The notes under the pieces were generated by a model. That model saw nothing but the letters and a program-made list of their open reading frames with translations, had not been told where the DNA came from and did not search any database. DNA of 64,000 nt. Origin: Cetorhinus maximus (Eukaryota). The stretch's first letter is position 1, and each line of letters opens with the position of its first letter. Shown here in pieces: positions 1-11,660 of the stretch. The stretch lies in contig NC_135891.1 in the NCBI RefSeq assembly GCF_964194155.1, positions 85,808,001 through 85,872,000 on the forward strand, written 5' to 3'. Both the position numbers and the translations under genes were made by a program.

Positions 1-381
1 GTAGATCAGCGATCACAGGGGTTATGGGTGAACGGAACTTGGTGCAAGTTAGGATACAGGCAGTAGCGATTTGGATAACCTCAGGACTGATGATGATGGC
101 TTTGGTCTTTGCAATATTTGATTGAGGGGAATTGAGAAAAAATCCATTATTTGTGTTTTACAAATTTGACACAAAGAAATTGTCAATAACTGGCATTGTA
201 TTGATTGGTGTTTAATATCTAAATCACCATGGAAGGACATTGTGTTTTTCGATCATGGCTCTTACTGAACAACCTTAACAGGTGCGGAGTGTGGGGTGAC
301 TTCCACAGTTCAAATTGATCTCCTCAAAACAATGTTGGAGTCCCTCAGTGCTCTATTAGAGAATTAGCTTAGGTTTCTTAC

Positions 382-504
382 CAGACTAGGGTAGCTCTTC
401 CCATACTCCTGCTTCCAGCTTTCCCATTCCTCGTCAATGATTGGGTTTGTCGAGGCCATGGAGATAACAGTCAGGATGTACGTTACAACCAGGAAAAATA
501 CCAT
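382..504 (-). CDS. First coding exon of a fourth cathepsin L-like copy (copy 0); the rest lies left of the window
   Basis: MVFFLVVTYILTVISMASTNPIIDEEWESWKQEYGKSYPSL, identical in protein to the intact copy; donor GTAAG. Whether the whole gene is intact cannot be seen. Confidence 0.85.
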
Positions 505-1429
505 GATGAAATGTTGAACACGTCAAACCAGTAACAAGGTTGGTTTTCTTTGTGAGAAGCTATGGGCAATAAAATCAGAAGAACGGGGAGAGGTAATGCA
601 AGAGCATAATCTCACAATCCTACCCTTGTTATTTCGATGCCCTGTAAATAAACCAATATTCTTTGTATGATCTCAGCATTTTTTGGCGGAATAATAACAG
701 AGTGGGACAAAGGTGTAGGATTTAGTCTTCAATTGTTTCAAACGACAACTGTAGAAAGAATATGTATCACCAATTCATTCAGATGAGGGGAGAATCAGTT
801 TGTGAAATTTACAATGCCACTGCTAATTATGCACATGAAAATGGTCAATTCCCACATGCCCAACAATTTTTACTTACCTTGAAAACATAGTTGCAGAGAT
901 TGTAAAGTTCACTGACTGGTGTGGGACCTGAAGATAAATTTGGGGAGAGACCGAGCTGCCTTTAGCCTCAGATTTGACTTACTCAATGTTCCCAGTCAGT
1001 AATACATTGATGGCAGGAATCTGTGATTCCAACTGCATTTGTCCGGATAATGTCTCACCATTTAGAAAATACTGTTGATTGTGTGACGTTCCACTATCTG
1101 CTTTTCTATGGAAGTGCTATTCTATTTACAGAATATCAATTTCTCTGCTCAAACAGATTTCAATCTAATTTTTTTTCCTACATAACATTTAATTACAATA
1201 GTGTGGTCCAGACAATTCTACCAATGAAACTGATGTTCTTTGCTGTATTACACTGTTGAATCATGCAGTGTATTTTTCAGTGTATTACTTATACTTTAGC
1301 ATCAGGCCATTCAATTACAGAACATAGAATAGAGAGTATATTTTACTCACCTCACAAGGACACCTCTGTTATTTAAATGACACAAACCATTTGGGACCAG
1401 ATTGTGTTGTACTGGAGTTTGAACTGGGG

Positions 1430-1437
1430 TTTATATA
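1430..1437 (-). promoter_or_regulatory. TATA box (TATATAAA) of copy 0
   Basis: Paralogous to 43489-43496; donor GTGAGT at 1350-1345; CCAAT at ~1482. Confidence 0.6.
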
Positions 1438-2010
1438 CCCTTAGAAGATGCAAAATAAACTAATTGCCTCCTAAATTCCACCAATTAGTTCACAGGGCCT
1501 GAAGCATTATCTTGGTTCATTTTTTATCTAAAATTATCTGCCACCTGTAAGTTCCAACCATCAGTCACACAAATTACACATAAATACCCTGCATGGTCTT
1601 AATAACATGGTCTTAAAAGATAAAGAGTTGATGTAAATCTTATTTTCATGATGCAAGTTGCTAATTTCTTGGTGGAAAATCCAATTAGCTTTTGAAGATT
1701 CTTGGCAATGTGTTTTGTCATGGATCCTTCATGCCCCAGGATTGTGTCTCTGGCAATTATCCAATTTTCATTGTCTTCAGCAGGTGAGATTTTTCAGCTA
1801 ACTGGTATGTACAGATTCTACAATCACCTGTAGCCCATAATGTGATGACAGGCACTAGCAGTATCTCCACACCAGGGCTGCAACATCAGCTCTTTGTGTG
1901 TGTACCTGCAGCAGAGTTAACAAAATCAGTTTGTTTTTTCTTTTACAACATGTTTCTCATTTCACTGAATAAAATCTTCACCAGTCCCATTTGTATTGTC
2001 ATGATAATCA

Positions 2011-2537
2011 TTATAGGAAGGATGTGATTGCACTAGAGACAGTGCAGAGGAGGTTTACCAGGATGTTGCCTGTGCTGGAGAGTTTTAGTTCTGAGGAGAG
2101 ATTGGATAGACTGCGTTATTTTGCTTGGAGCAGATGAGATTGAGGGGGACATGATTGAGGTGTATAAAATTATTAGGCGCATACATAGAGTAGACAAGAA
2201 GGAACTTTTCCCCTTGATGGAGGGATCGATAACCATGGGGGCATAGATTTAAGGTAAGCGGCAGGAGGTTTAGAGGGGATGTGAGGAAGAGTTTTTTCAC
2301 CCAGAGGGTGGCGGTAATCTGGAACTCACTGCCTGAAAGGGTTGTAGAGGCAGAGACCCCCATAACATTTAAGAAGTATTTGGATGTGCACTTGCGATGC
2401 CATGGCATACGAAGCTATGAGCCTAGTCCTGGAAATTGGGATTAGAATAGTAAGGTACTTGTTTGACTGGTGCAGCCATGAAGGGCCGAAGGGCCTTTTT
2501 CTGTGCTGTAGACGTCTATGACTCTATGACTCTATGA
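2011..2537 (+). mobile_element. CR1 LINE 3' fragment (HER1-like), unit 1
   Basis: Translates as YRKDVIALETVQRRFTRMLP...EERLDRL...LRGDMIEVYKI (CR1 ORF2 C-terminus); ends in a (ctatgact)n tail. Confidence 0.88.
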
Positions 2538-4114
2538 CAATGAATTAAGGGGAGCAGGCGGGCTCTTGAAGCGAGAGCGCCAATCAGAGAGCTTGGACAT
2601 TGGAAGCAGGTGCAGAATGCCATTCACGATGAATGTGGGAGCGGGTGCTTCAAAATGGAACTGTCCTCTTTTTTAATATTTGAAATAAAAAATGGCCTTG
2701 CTGGCCAAGCCACCAATGTTGGAAGGGGAGGGGCCCTTTTACACAGCAGCCTGCAGCTGCAGCTACACCTCAACAAAGTGGGAAGGCCTCCCAACCTGCC
2801 TAGGTGCTATTTTTATCATCTACCCTCTCACTTCTTTTCCAGGGTCTAGCAGGGAAAAAAATTCAGATCAGAGTCACTCCACTCATATCATCACCAGAAA
2901 AATGGGGCTGTAGATGTCTTATCTCCAACTGTACTCTTGTCTCGCAGGAGAACTTCATAAACTTGCTTATTGGTTCCAAATTTCCTCATTGTCTTCACTA
3001 CTTTAGAATGAAAGAACTTGCATTTATATTGTGCAATTCCCCATCGCAGGCTGTCTAAAATTGCTTTACAACCAATGAAGTACTTTATACATAACTTCTG
3101 TTACAGACAGGAGTGGGGAGAAAATTTAAACAGCACTAACTTCTCCTCCCACCACCCACCCATAAACAGAAAGATGTTTTTGATTTGTTTCCCTCTTTAC
3201 AAGCAGCGGCATATTTTCCAACCCCTCAGTTTTGGTGCGATCCAATTTTCTATTAATAACCCCACAGGAAACTCAAGACAGGATGAACTCAAAGGGGTTA
3301 GTCTAGTTGCACACGCAAAATGCAAATGGAGGATTCTCACATTGCCTCCACATTCAGACAGTAAAGAGAGGGATAGCGAAAAGAAAGATTTACAGTGCAG
3401 AGACCACAGAGAAAAGGAATATTGTTTCACATGGGTTCCAGAGTCCAGAATCAAAACCTAATGAATCAGTCTTGTTGGCAATAGTACATAATTTCCTACA
3501 GAGGCAGTATGGATGGAGCCAGGTGTTCAGCCTGGGCAGAGGTCCTTTCTGAGAGGCTGCCACTTGGACAGTAAACAGCAGATTGAGCTATTCAGCCCAG
3601 CAAGGCAATATTATTTGTTCAACAAGCCAGAGGCCTAGGTCAAGTGTATTTACCTTTCCATAATGTCATCAACAAAGGAGGTTTATCCAGTGTTTGGAAT
3701 TTGGCTTGGTGTCCAGACTGATAATTTCTTAGCCATTATGGGTTAGAAGCAATGTTTGAGAGGCCATTCTATTAGTAAACGTTCCATCACTGCTGGCCAG
3801 CCTGGGTTATCAAATACAAAGGGCCTTCGATGTAGCTCCTTTTGAAGTTGGGCTGTGCAGTCCCCGGGTGATGGCTAGTAGCTCCTCAGAGATAATGAGG
3901 TGTGAGATTTCCCAAACTGCAAAGTGGCTTCTTTTGATCTGGGGTCACAAACAGACACAATTTCAGCCATTTTAAGGACCTTTGTTCATCTTTTAACATT
4001 TTGGAAATAGCCATGAGGATATCTATATATATTTTATAAAAATTTAGTGTGAGTTCTTAGTTAAATTCTTAAAAATATCCCTAGGTCCTGTGGCGACTCT
4101 GATATCCAATAGCA

Positions 4115-4472
4115 GGGGAGACAGGGTAGTGGCAATGTCACTGGATTACATATCCAGTGGTGCAGGCTAATGCTCCAGGAGCAACATTTCAAATCCCACT
4201 GTGACTGGTGGAACTTTAATTTAACAAGTTAAAATGGCAACTATGAAAAAATTGTCAAAATCCATCCGCTTCACTGATGTCCCTTCGGGAAGGGGATTTG
4301 CTGTCCTTGCCTGGCATGGCTTATATGTCACTCCAGATGCACAATAATGTGGTTGACACTTAAGTGCCCTCTATAATTCCCTAACAAGCCATTCAGTTCA
4401 AGGATAATTACAGATGGGCAACAACTGCTGCCCTCGCCAGCGATGCCCACATCTCATCAAAAAGAATTTAAA
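4115..4472 (+). mobile_element. tRNA-derived SINE with a LINE-derived 3' tail (paralogues ~25047-25404 and ~46174-46530)
   Basis: Degenerate A/B-box head (gtagtggcaatgtcactgga...ttcaaatcccac). Tail gatgggcaac...gccagcgatgcccacatc resembles the 3' end of the LINE at ~10450-10520 on the minus strand. Confidence 0.7.
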
Positions 4473-6396
4473 CCGTGGTCACCACAATAGAGTCCAGCTG
4501 GCCTTGAGCTCAGGTCGGAGCTGGTGCTGCTGATCTGGTCGGTCTGCAAGGCAGAGAGGGTGCCGGACATGGACAGGAATGTGAAGCACTGGCTGGATGA
4601 CTTCCTCGTTGGGTTCCTGAGGGTGTGAAATGATACTCGGGCCTCCCCTCCCTCCAGCACTGAGGCGATGGTGGCAGGAGCACTATGCTTCTGACATGAA
4701 GGGAACCATAGCCAGCTTCAACATCAGCGGCAGCAGAGAAGCACAGCGCAGGTTCCAGAACTTCTCAGCCCTCAGGGACGGGAGTATGCGGTGTGCTTCC
4801 TGCAGGAAAGCATTACCGTTCTGGGAGACAAAGCTAAGTGGCTCCCGAAGTGGTGAGGGGGAGGTCTACATGAGTCATCTAGCCTCCAATTCTGGCGGGG
4901 TGGCTATCTTGCTTGCCGCACATTTTCAGCCGGAGATCTTGGGAGTCAAGGAGCCAGTGTCAGGCCGATTGCTGCACCTTACTGTGCGCCTGGGGGGGGA
5001 CATGGCGCTTCACTTTGTGAATGTGTACGCTCCCCTGGGCTCACAGCAGCAAGCGACATTCTTTGAAGAAGTGCCCACTCATCTCAACTCCATTAACGTG
5101 GGTGAGTGCATCGTCCTTGGGGGTGATTGTAACACTCAGGAACTGTCTCAGTGCCCAGCATTAGGTGTGAGTAAGTTGAGGGATCTGGTCCGTTCCTTCG
5201 ACTTGGTGGATGTCCGGCGACATCTCCATCCTGACTCCAAGGTGCTCACTTTTGTGTCCCCTGGGGTCGGAGCGTCCAGAATCGACCAACTTTACATTTC
5301 CATGGCCTTCGTGTCCTGCGTCCTGTCGATCTCCGTGTAACAGGTGCCTTGCTCAGACCGCCGCCTGGTGTGGGCAGAACTCGCTCCATTCTGCACTCGG
5401 ACGGGGTCCACGTACTGGCACTTTAACAACCTGCTGCTGGAGGACGAGCAGTTCCTGGACTCATTCTGTCGTTTCTGGGCCAGCTGGAGAAGGAAGCGGG
5501 GAGGCTTCCCCTCTTTGAGGCTATGGTGGGACGTGAGCAAGGCTCATGTCCATGTCTTCTGTCAGGAGTGTACGCAAGGGGGTCGACAAAGGCAGAAATC
5601 CAGGGTCGAGGAATTGGAGAAGGAGGTGCTTGACCTGGAGGCATGACTCGGTCAGCCCAATGCAGACCCGGACATGGGACAGGCATACGAAGAGAATTAG
5701 TGCGCAATACGGGGACTACAATTCATCCGGTCGCGTGGCACATATGTGAGGTCACGGATTCAGTTCCTTAAGGACCTGGACCGCGTCTCCCCATCTTCTA
5801 CTCGCTGGAAAAAGGCACGGGGTCCGTCAGCAGCTCCTTATGCTTGAAAAAGGCACGTGGTCCGTCAGCAGCTCCTTATGCTGCTGGCCGACGACGGATC
5901 CCTCCTCTCAAATCCGGAGAGTATCAGGGCACATGCCGAGCCTTTTACACTGCCTTGTTTTCTCCAGATCCGTCCAGCGAGGGTGCTCGCAGAGTTCTGT
6001 GGGAGGACCTGCCGCAGGTCGGCCCGGAGGATGCCGGAACGATTGTCTCCCCATGAGTCTGCGGGGGCTGACCCCTCAGCGCCCTCAGCAGCCTCTCTAG
6101 AGTCTAGTCCTCGGGGCTGAAAGGGCTGACCGAGGAGTTCTTCAGGGCAATCAGGGACGTCCTGGGGAGCGACTACACGGAGGTCCCGGGGGGAGAGTAT
6201 CACAGCCGTGGAAATGCCCCTCTCATGGCGCAGGTCAGTCATCGCCCTGCTGCCTAAGGGGAATTTCCGCCTCCTTAAAAACTGGCACCCGGTCTCCCTC
6301 CTCAGCACGGATTATAAAATCTTCGCCAGGGCCATGTCTTCTCGCCTTGGCACCGTGCTGGGCAACATGATCCACCCTGACCAGTCTTACACGATC
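4473..6396 (+). mobile_element. Tx1-clade (L1 group) non-LTR retrotransposon fragment: ORF1 end, APE endonuclease, start of RT; degenerate
   Basis: ORFs 4630-5340, 5344-5646 and 6208-6408: IASFNISG, SGGVAIL, VNVYAP, IVLGGDCN, SRIDQLYIS, YWHFNNLLLED, IALLPKG, KNWHPVSLLSTDYKIFARAMSSRL, IHPDQSY. Contains stops and frameshifts. Confidence 0.88.
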
Positions 6397-8375
6397 AGGC
6401 GTGTCTGATTCAGGCAAGCAAGCTATAAAAGTTTGCCTAGCAATTGGGAATGAAGGTCCACACAGGCTGACCACGTCAGGATTAACGGAGGAAGAGCTAA
6501 AGGATCCCCAAAAGACATGGATTACATTGGAAGACTGGGTCAAATTCAAGTTAAACTTCAATATTCATCAACTAGAGTTCACGTCATTTCAACAACAGCC
6601 TGCAGAACCCATAGATCACTTAGTCAGCAGATAAGAGAAAAGGGTACGTATTGTGATTTTTCAAACGCAGACAGAAATGTTGAGTTGGTGATCCTACCCA
6701 CTCCTTTGGAAGCGTTACAGACAAGCCCAAAACGTATAGCACTGAAGAACTACTCAAGGATAGACGGAAATACAAGGTGATCCTCACAGGTCGATGAAAC
6801 TTACAGATCCTCAGTACAACCTCAATTGTTGAAGCACTCACTAGAACACCCAAACCTAGCATATCATATGGAAGGCGTGGCTTTCTGCATGCACCAAGGA
6901 ACTTCCCAGCTTTCCAGCAATTCTGCAAAGATGTGGCAGAATGGACCATTGGCAGTAGCAGTGCACCAGGCAAATGCTGATGCAGCTACAAACGGCCATG
7001 TACTGATCCAAACAGACCGTACACAATGGCTACCTTCAAGCAATAAGCATGACCATCCATTATCCCGTCAGAAACATGTACATGAGGTAACATGTGCATG
7101 ATGAGGCAAAGAGCGGAAAACACATGTTTCACACTGCCAATCTCATGGAATACGTTGATGCCATCTCACTATCTGAAGTATTTGCCAAGATTAAAATTAT
7201 CTGTCCCAAGAAAGTTATCAACTGCTGATTATTGGCTAAGATTGACGCAGGGCAAATGTCAACATACTCCTTCTGCAAATTGTAAATGAAAGATATCTTC
7301 AGGCCATGGTTCACTTAATCCATGTGCAGGATCCAGCATCTTGGAGTGCAAGTACAATCAATTCTCTTGGGTGTCAAAGATGTTCTTCATCGTAGAAACA
7401 AAAGGCCCAGCGAGTGCTAAGTAGTATGTCATAAATGATCAGCTGTCCTTTTTTACTAACAGGCAGCTTGATGTTCATTCTTGATCATGCACAACTTAGA
7501 ATTATCAGAAAGCAAAGCATGATTTTCTTTAAAAAATTAAAAATATAAAGTTCAGGATTGAGATCATCAGGTTTTAAGTTACAGCCCAAAAGGAACATGA
7601 GAGAAGCAGATTTGTTGCTGACATACAGCAGGTTGTGGTTTACCAACATGCCATGGCCTTGCACTAGTTACAATCCACGGAATCAGCCAGACCTCAAAAG
7701 GCCGATCAATCTCAAGAACTACTGCTATAACCTCAATACCTGTCCTAACATCAAAACATCCAGATTGTTTTTCCACAAAATTGGCAGTTTCAAAAGAGCT
7801 ACAACATTACACATGTAGGAGAATGCAAGTCTGTCAACTGATCTGGTGCGTTTTGCGCAATGCAAATGCCAGCAGCTGCAAGAAGAAACAGCAAAATATT
7901 GTACAGGACTGAAACTGTGGAAAACCTAAAGGATGTGCTGATTGGATTTAGTATGTTCAGAACATGTAAGGCCATTTTGGCCTTACCAGGATGAGCTAGA
8001 CATCTCCCGGAGAGTCAATTTTAAAGGCATGCCAGTCATCATATCAGAATATTTGCAAATTGATATTCTTCAACAATGTCATCACTCACAAGTGGGCACA
8101 AATCAGACAAGCCGACCTGCAAGAGACAGTTTATTGGCAGGGTATGAACAAAACATTGAGGTCATTTCCAAGAAGTGCATGAAATGTCAAGAGAAAATGC
8201 CAAGTCAGCACAAAGAATCGCTGATTCCGCATTAAGTTCCCACACATCCTTGGTCCAAATTAGCAGCTGATCTCTTTCATGTTCATGGTACTGATTTCAT
8301 TGTCATCATCGATTACTTTACCAAATAACCCATCATTTGACCATTACACAATATGTCAAGCACAACTGTCATGCA
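6397..8375 (+). mobile_element. Gypsy/Ty3 LTR retrotransposon internal remnant (gag, protease, integrase N-terminus; RT/RNase H missing)
   Basis: Gag-like FQQQPAEPIDHLVSR; aspartic protease motif KIDTG (seen in units 2 and 3); integrase Zn-finger HHSQVG...CMKCQ followed by PWSKLAADLF and IVIIDYFTK. Confidence 0.82.
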
Positions 8376-8434
8376 CAGGATACAGGAGGGAACTCTTCCT
8401 GACAGTGCTATGGGAAAACTCTTCCGTTGTCTGA

Positions 8435-8625
8435 TCCATGCAATCTTTTTACATCCTGAGACGACAGACAGCCCTTTGTTTAATGTCTCACCTGAAAGAG
8501 TGCACCTCTGGCAGTGCAGTTCTCCCTCAGTACTACACTGAAATGTCAGCTTACACATTGTTTACCAGCTTCTGGTGTAGGATGGAACCCACAACTTTCA
8601 AACTCAGAGGTGCGAATGCAGGGCT
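8435..8625 (-). mobile_element. DeuSINE (SacSINE1/AmnSINE1-like) 5' fragment (paralogues ~29175-29365 and ~48960-49150)
   Basis: atcttttacatc...gtttaatgtctcacctgaaag...cacctctggcagtgcagttctccctcagtactacactg...gaacccacaac matches my recollection of the antisense Deu-domain and tRNA-like head. Confidence 0.65.
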
Positions 8626-9239
8626 CATTCTAGCCGTCACGTGCTGCAAGGTCTGATGACACCCAAGTGGGAATAAAGGAAAACATTTCCCACAGGAAGC
8701 CTGGGAACTCCACTGACACAGTGCTTGATGTAGACAGGGGATGCTGCAGACTGATCCCCGCCCCCCCACCAACCCCACCCCCAACCACCACCACCCACCA
8801 GCAAGCAATTTCAAACCAATAACCATAGATTCAGTTCTGCCCCAAATTCCGGCTACAGCTGGATGACCCACCCATTGGATCCAGACGGGAATAGTGCAGA
8901 GTCCTGCTGGCAAAAACAACTGTTGTCACCTACAGAGACAACAGAGTTCGACTGCATCTTAGACACAACATTGTCCATTGAGGATCGAAACCACCATAAT
9001 CCTCAATTGTTCTACCTTGCTGACATGGGGAATTTGCACTATCAATTAGCATGCTGACTACAGATTAACCAAAGGGACAACATATGCAGTAGTCCTCAAT
9101 CGTATTTTGTATCTCATTGAATAGTCACAGGATAGCAATATCGCTGCACATTTTCATCACACTGCTGCATTTAAAGTCACTAGTTGTTATGGATTCAGGT
9201 TCCTTATGAGTGCATTATCCATGTGGACATGCCACAGCA

Positions 9240-10060
9240 GACTCCTAATTCCTCCTTTAAGATGCTCCTTGACTAAACTTTTAGTCACCTGCCCTTGGCT
9301 TCCCTGGCCCTGTGTCAAATTTTATTTCATTTTGTTCCTTTGGAGCAACTGGGTACATTCAACTACATTAAAGGTGTTATAATACAAGCTATTGTTGGTG
9401 TTATCAGGGGTGCCATCTGCTGCCCTTGTCCTTCTAGGTGATAGAGGTAGCTGATTTGGAAGGTGCTGTCGATGGAGCATTGGTGAGATGCTGCAGTATA
9501 TAAAGTATACAAGCAATTGGAATGAAGACATGATAAAGTTGCAAATCTCTTCATCTTTGTATGAAGCATGAATCTATCTTTTATCAGACATTTGACGTGA
9601 GTGCTTACAACATTTTATGGATTCAGTAAATAATTAGTTAAATTGTTGAACTGAAATGTACTCCTTTACGCAAATGTACATTGAGTAAAAGTTTGTAGCC
9701 TAGTTTAAGCGGTTTAAATCTTAAACTGTCAAACCATCTCCACCATGTACAAGGTTCTACTCATGAGTAATAAGGAACATTCTTCATTCACTTTGATGCA
9801 TGAAGCCACAACCACACTCAAAAGGCTTGACACCATCCACAACAGATCAGTCATTTAAACAACACACCTGTGGCTTAATAACCATCAGCGTATTGTGGCA
9901 GCAACTAACTTTGAGATGCACTGCAGAAACTCACCCCACTGCCTTCAATAGCACCTTTTAGCCTCACACACTCTTCCAACAAGAAAGACCAGGGCAGGAA
10001 CACCATGAGCACACCACCACCTCCATTCACCATCCTGGCCTGGCAATATATGTAATGTCC
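9240..10060. mobile_element. Cluster of old LINE fragments: L2-like tail ~9240-9395 (+), piece of the 10.4-11.7 kb LINE family ~9405-9500 (-), older piece ~9730-10060 (+)
   Basis: 9410-9497 nearly repeats 10700-10787; ORF 9363-9569 carries LYHLEGQGQ as ORF 10706-11203 does. Confidence 0.6.
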
Positions 10061-10440
10061 GAGAGAATGTTCCAATCCAATGTCTCTATCGACCAAAACT
10101 CAAACTTGAAAACAATGCAGAGTGTACTAAAATAGGGATCCCCTAGTTAGTCAGACTAGGTTGACTGCAGGCTAATTGGATCCAATCTGACTAAGACTGG
10201 TCCACTTCCAGCATGAATTCTGTTGATTGTTTTACTCCCGATGACACCACCACAACAAGGGTTTTCAGCCCGATTTTATACTTTGGCTGCATGGCAACTG
10301 CTGTCGTGCTTAATTCTTCTGAGCCACTTGATTGGCAGTCTCTGATTGGTTTCTGGATTGTGTGGTATGATTCAAGAATTGTCACCTCATTTCTGCAGCA
10401 AATTTAAACTAGCCTTAAAACATTTTCTTATATTTACTAT

Positions 10441-11660
10441 AATTTTTACCATTCTTTCACGGGACATGGGTGTCACTGGCTAGACAAGCATTTTTATTGC
10501 CCATCCCTAGTGGCCCTTAAGAAGGTGGTGGTGAGCTGGCTTCTTGAACCGCTGCAGTCCCTGTGGTGTAGGTACACCCACAGTGCCGTTAGGAAGGGAG
10601 TTACAGGATTTTGACGCAGTGACAGTGAAGGAACGCTGATATAGTTCCAAGTCAGGATGATGTGTGGCTTTGAAGGAAACTTACAGGTGGTTGTGTTGCC
10701 ATGATCTACTGCCCTTGTCCTTCTAGGTGGTAGAGGTCACGAATTTGGAAGTTGCTGTTGAAGGAGTTTTGGTGAGTTCCTGCAGTGCATCTTGTAGATG
10801 GTACTCCCTGCTGCAACTGTGCGTCGGTGGTGGAGGGATTGAATTTTTGTGGATGTGATGCCAACCAAGTGAGGGCTGCTTTGTCCTGGATGCTGTCAAG
10901 TTTCTTCAGCATTGTTAGAGCTGCACTCATCCAGGCAAGTGGAAAGTATTCCATCACACTCCTGACTTGGGCCTTGTAGGTGAACAGGCTCTGGGGAGTC
11001 AAGAGGTAAGTTACTCTCCACAGAATTCCCAGCCTTTGACCTGCTCTTGTAGCCATAATGTTTATATGGCTGGTCCACCAGAACGCTGATAGTGGGGTTT
11101 TAGTGATTGCAATGTCATTGAATGTCAAGAGGAGAAGGTTGTATCCTCTCTTGTTGCAGATGGTCATTTCCTGGCACTTGTGTGGCAAAATGTTACTTGC
11201 CACTAATCAGCCCAAGCCTCAATGTTGTCTGGGTTTTGCTGTATATGGGCACCAGATGCTTCAGTATCTGAGGGGTCACGAGTGGTGCTGAAATAGTGTG
11301 CAATCATCAATAAACATCCCCATTATTGACCTTATGATGGAGGGTAGACCATTCATGAAGCAGCTGAAAATGGTTGGGCCTAGGACACTACCCAGAGGAA
11401 TTCCTGCAGTGGTGTCCTGTGACGGAGATAAATGACCTCCAAATACCACAGCCAGCTTCCTTTGTGCTAGGTATGATTCTAACCAGCGGAGATCTTCCAT
11501 TGACTCCAGTTTTTTTGGGCTCCTTGATGTGACACTTGGTCAAATACTGCCTTGATTTCAAGGGCAGTCACTCTCACCTCACCTCTTGAGCTCAGCTCTT
11601 TTGTCCATGTTTTGGACCAAGGCTGTAATGAGGTCAGGAGCTGAGTGACCCTGGCGGAAA
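10441..11660 (-). mobile_element. CR1/L2-group LINE, 5'-truncated (RT domain + 3' end), unit 1
   Basis: RT motifs WLESYLAQRK, PLGSVLGP, MFIDDCTLF, YKAQVRSVMEY in ORFs 11276-11500 and 10706-11203; ALDIKAAFD in the paralogues. Confidence 0.88.

Larger units (their letters stand above)
1..2010. repeat. Right end of a further array unit (copy 0) continuing left of the window
   Basis: Matches 20628-22934, 41763-44069 and 61238-63543, apart from a ~300-bp deletion in the L2 fragment near position 83. Confidence 0.95.

Noticed and set aside
2610-3552. Cluster of 70-150 aa ORFs repeated in each unit
   Set aside because: No recognisable domain, stops and frames differ between units, and recurrence is explained by the duplication.
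10147-10194. Short inverted repeat ttagtcaga...tctgactaa with an internal ttggatccaa palindrome
   Set aside because: Arms are only 9 bp and there is no other support for an RNA gene or element.
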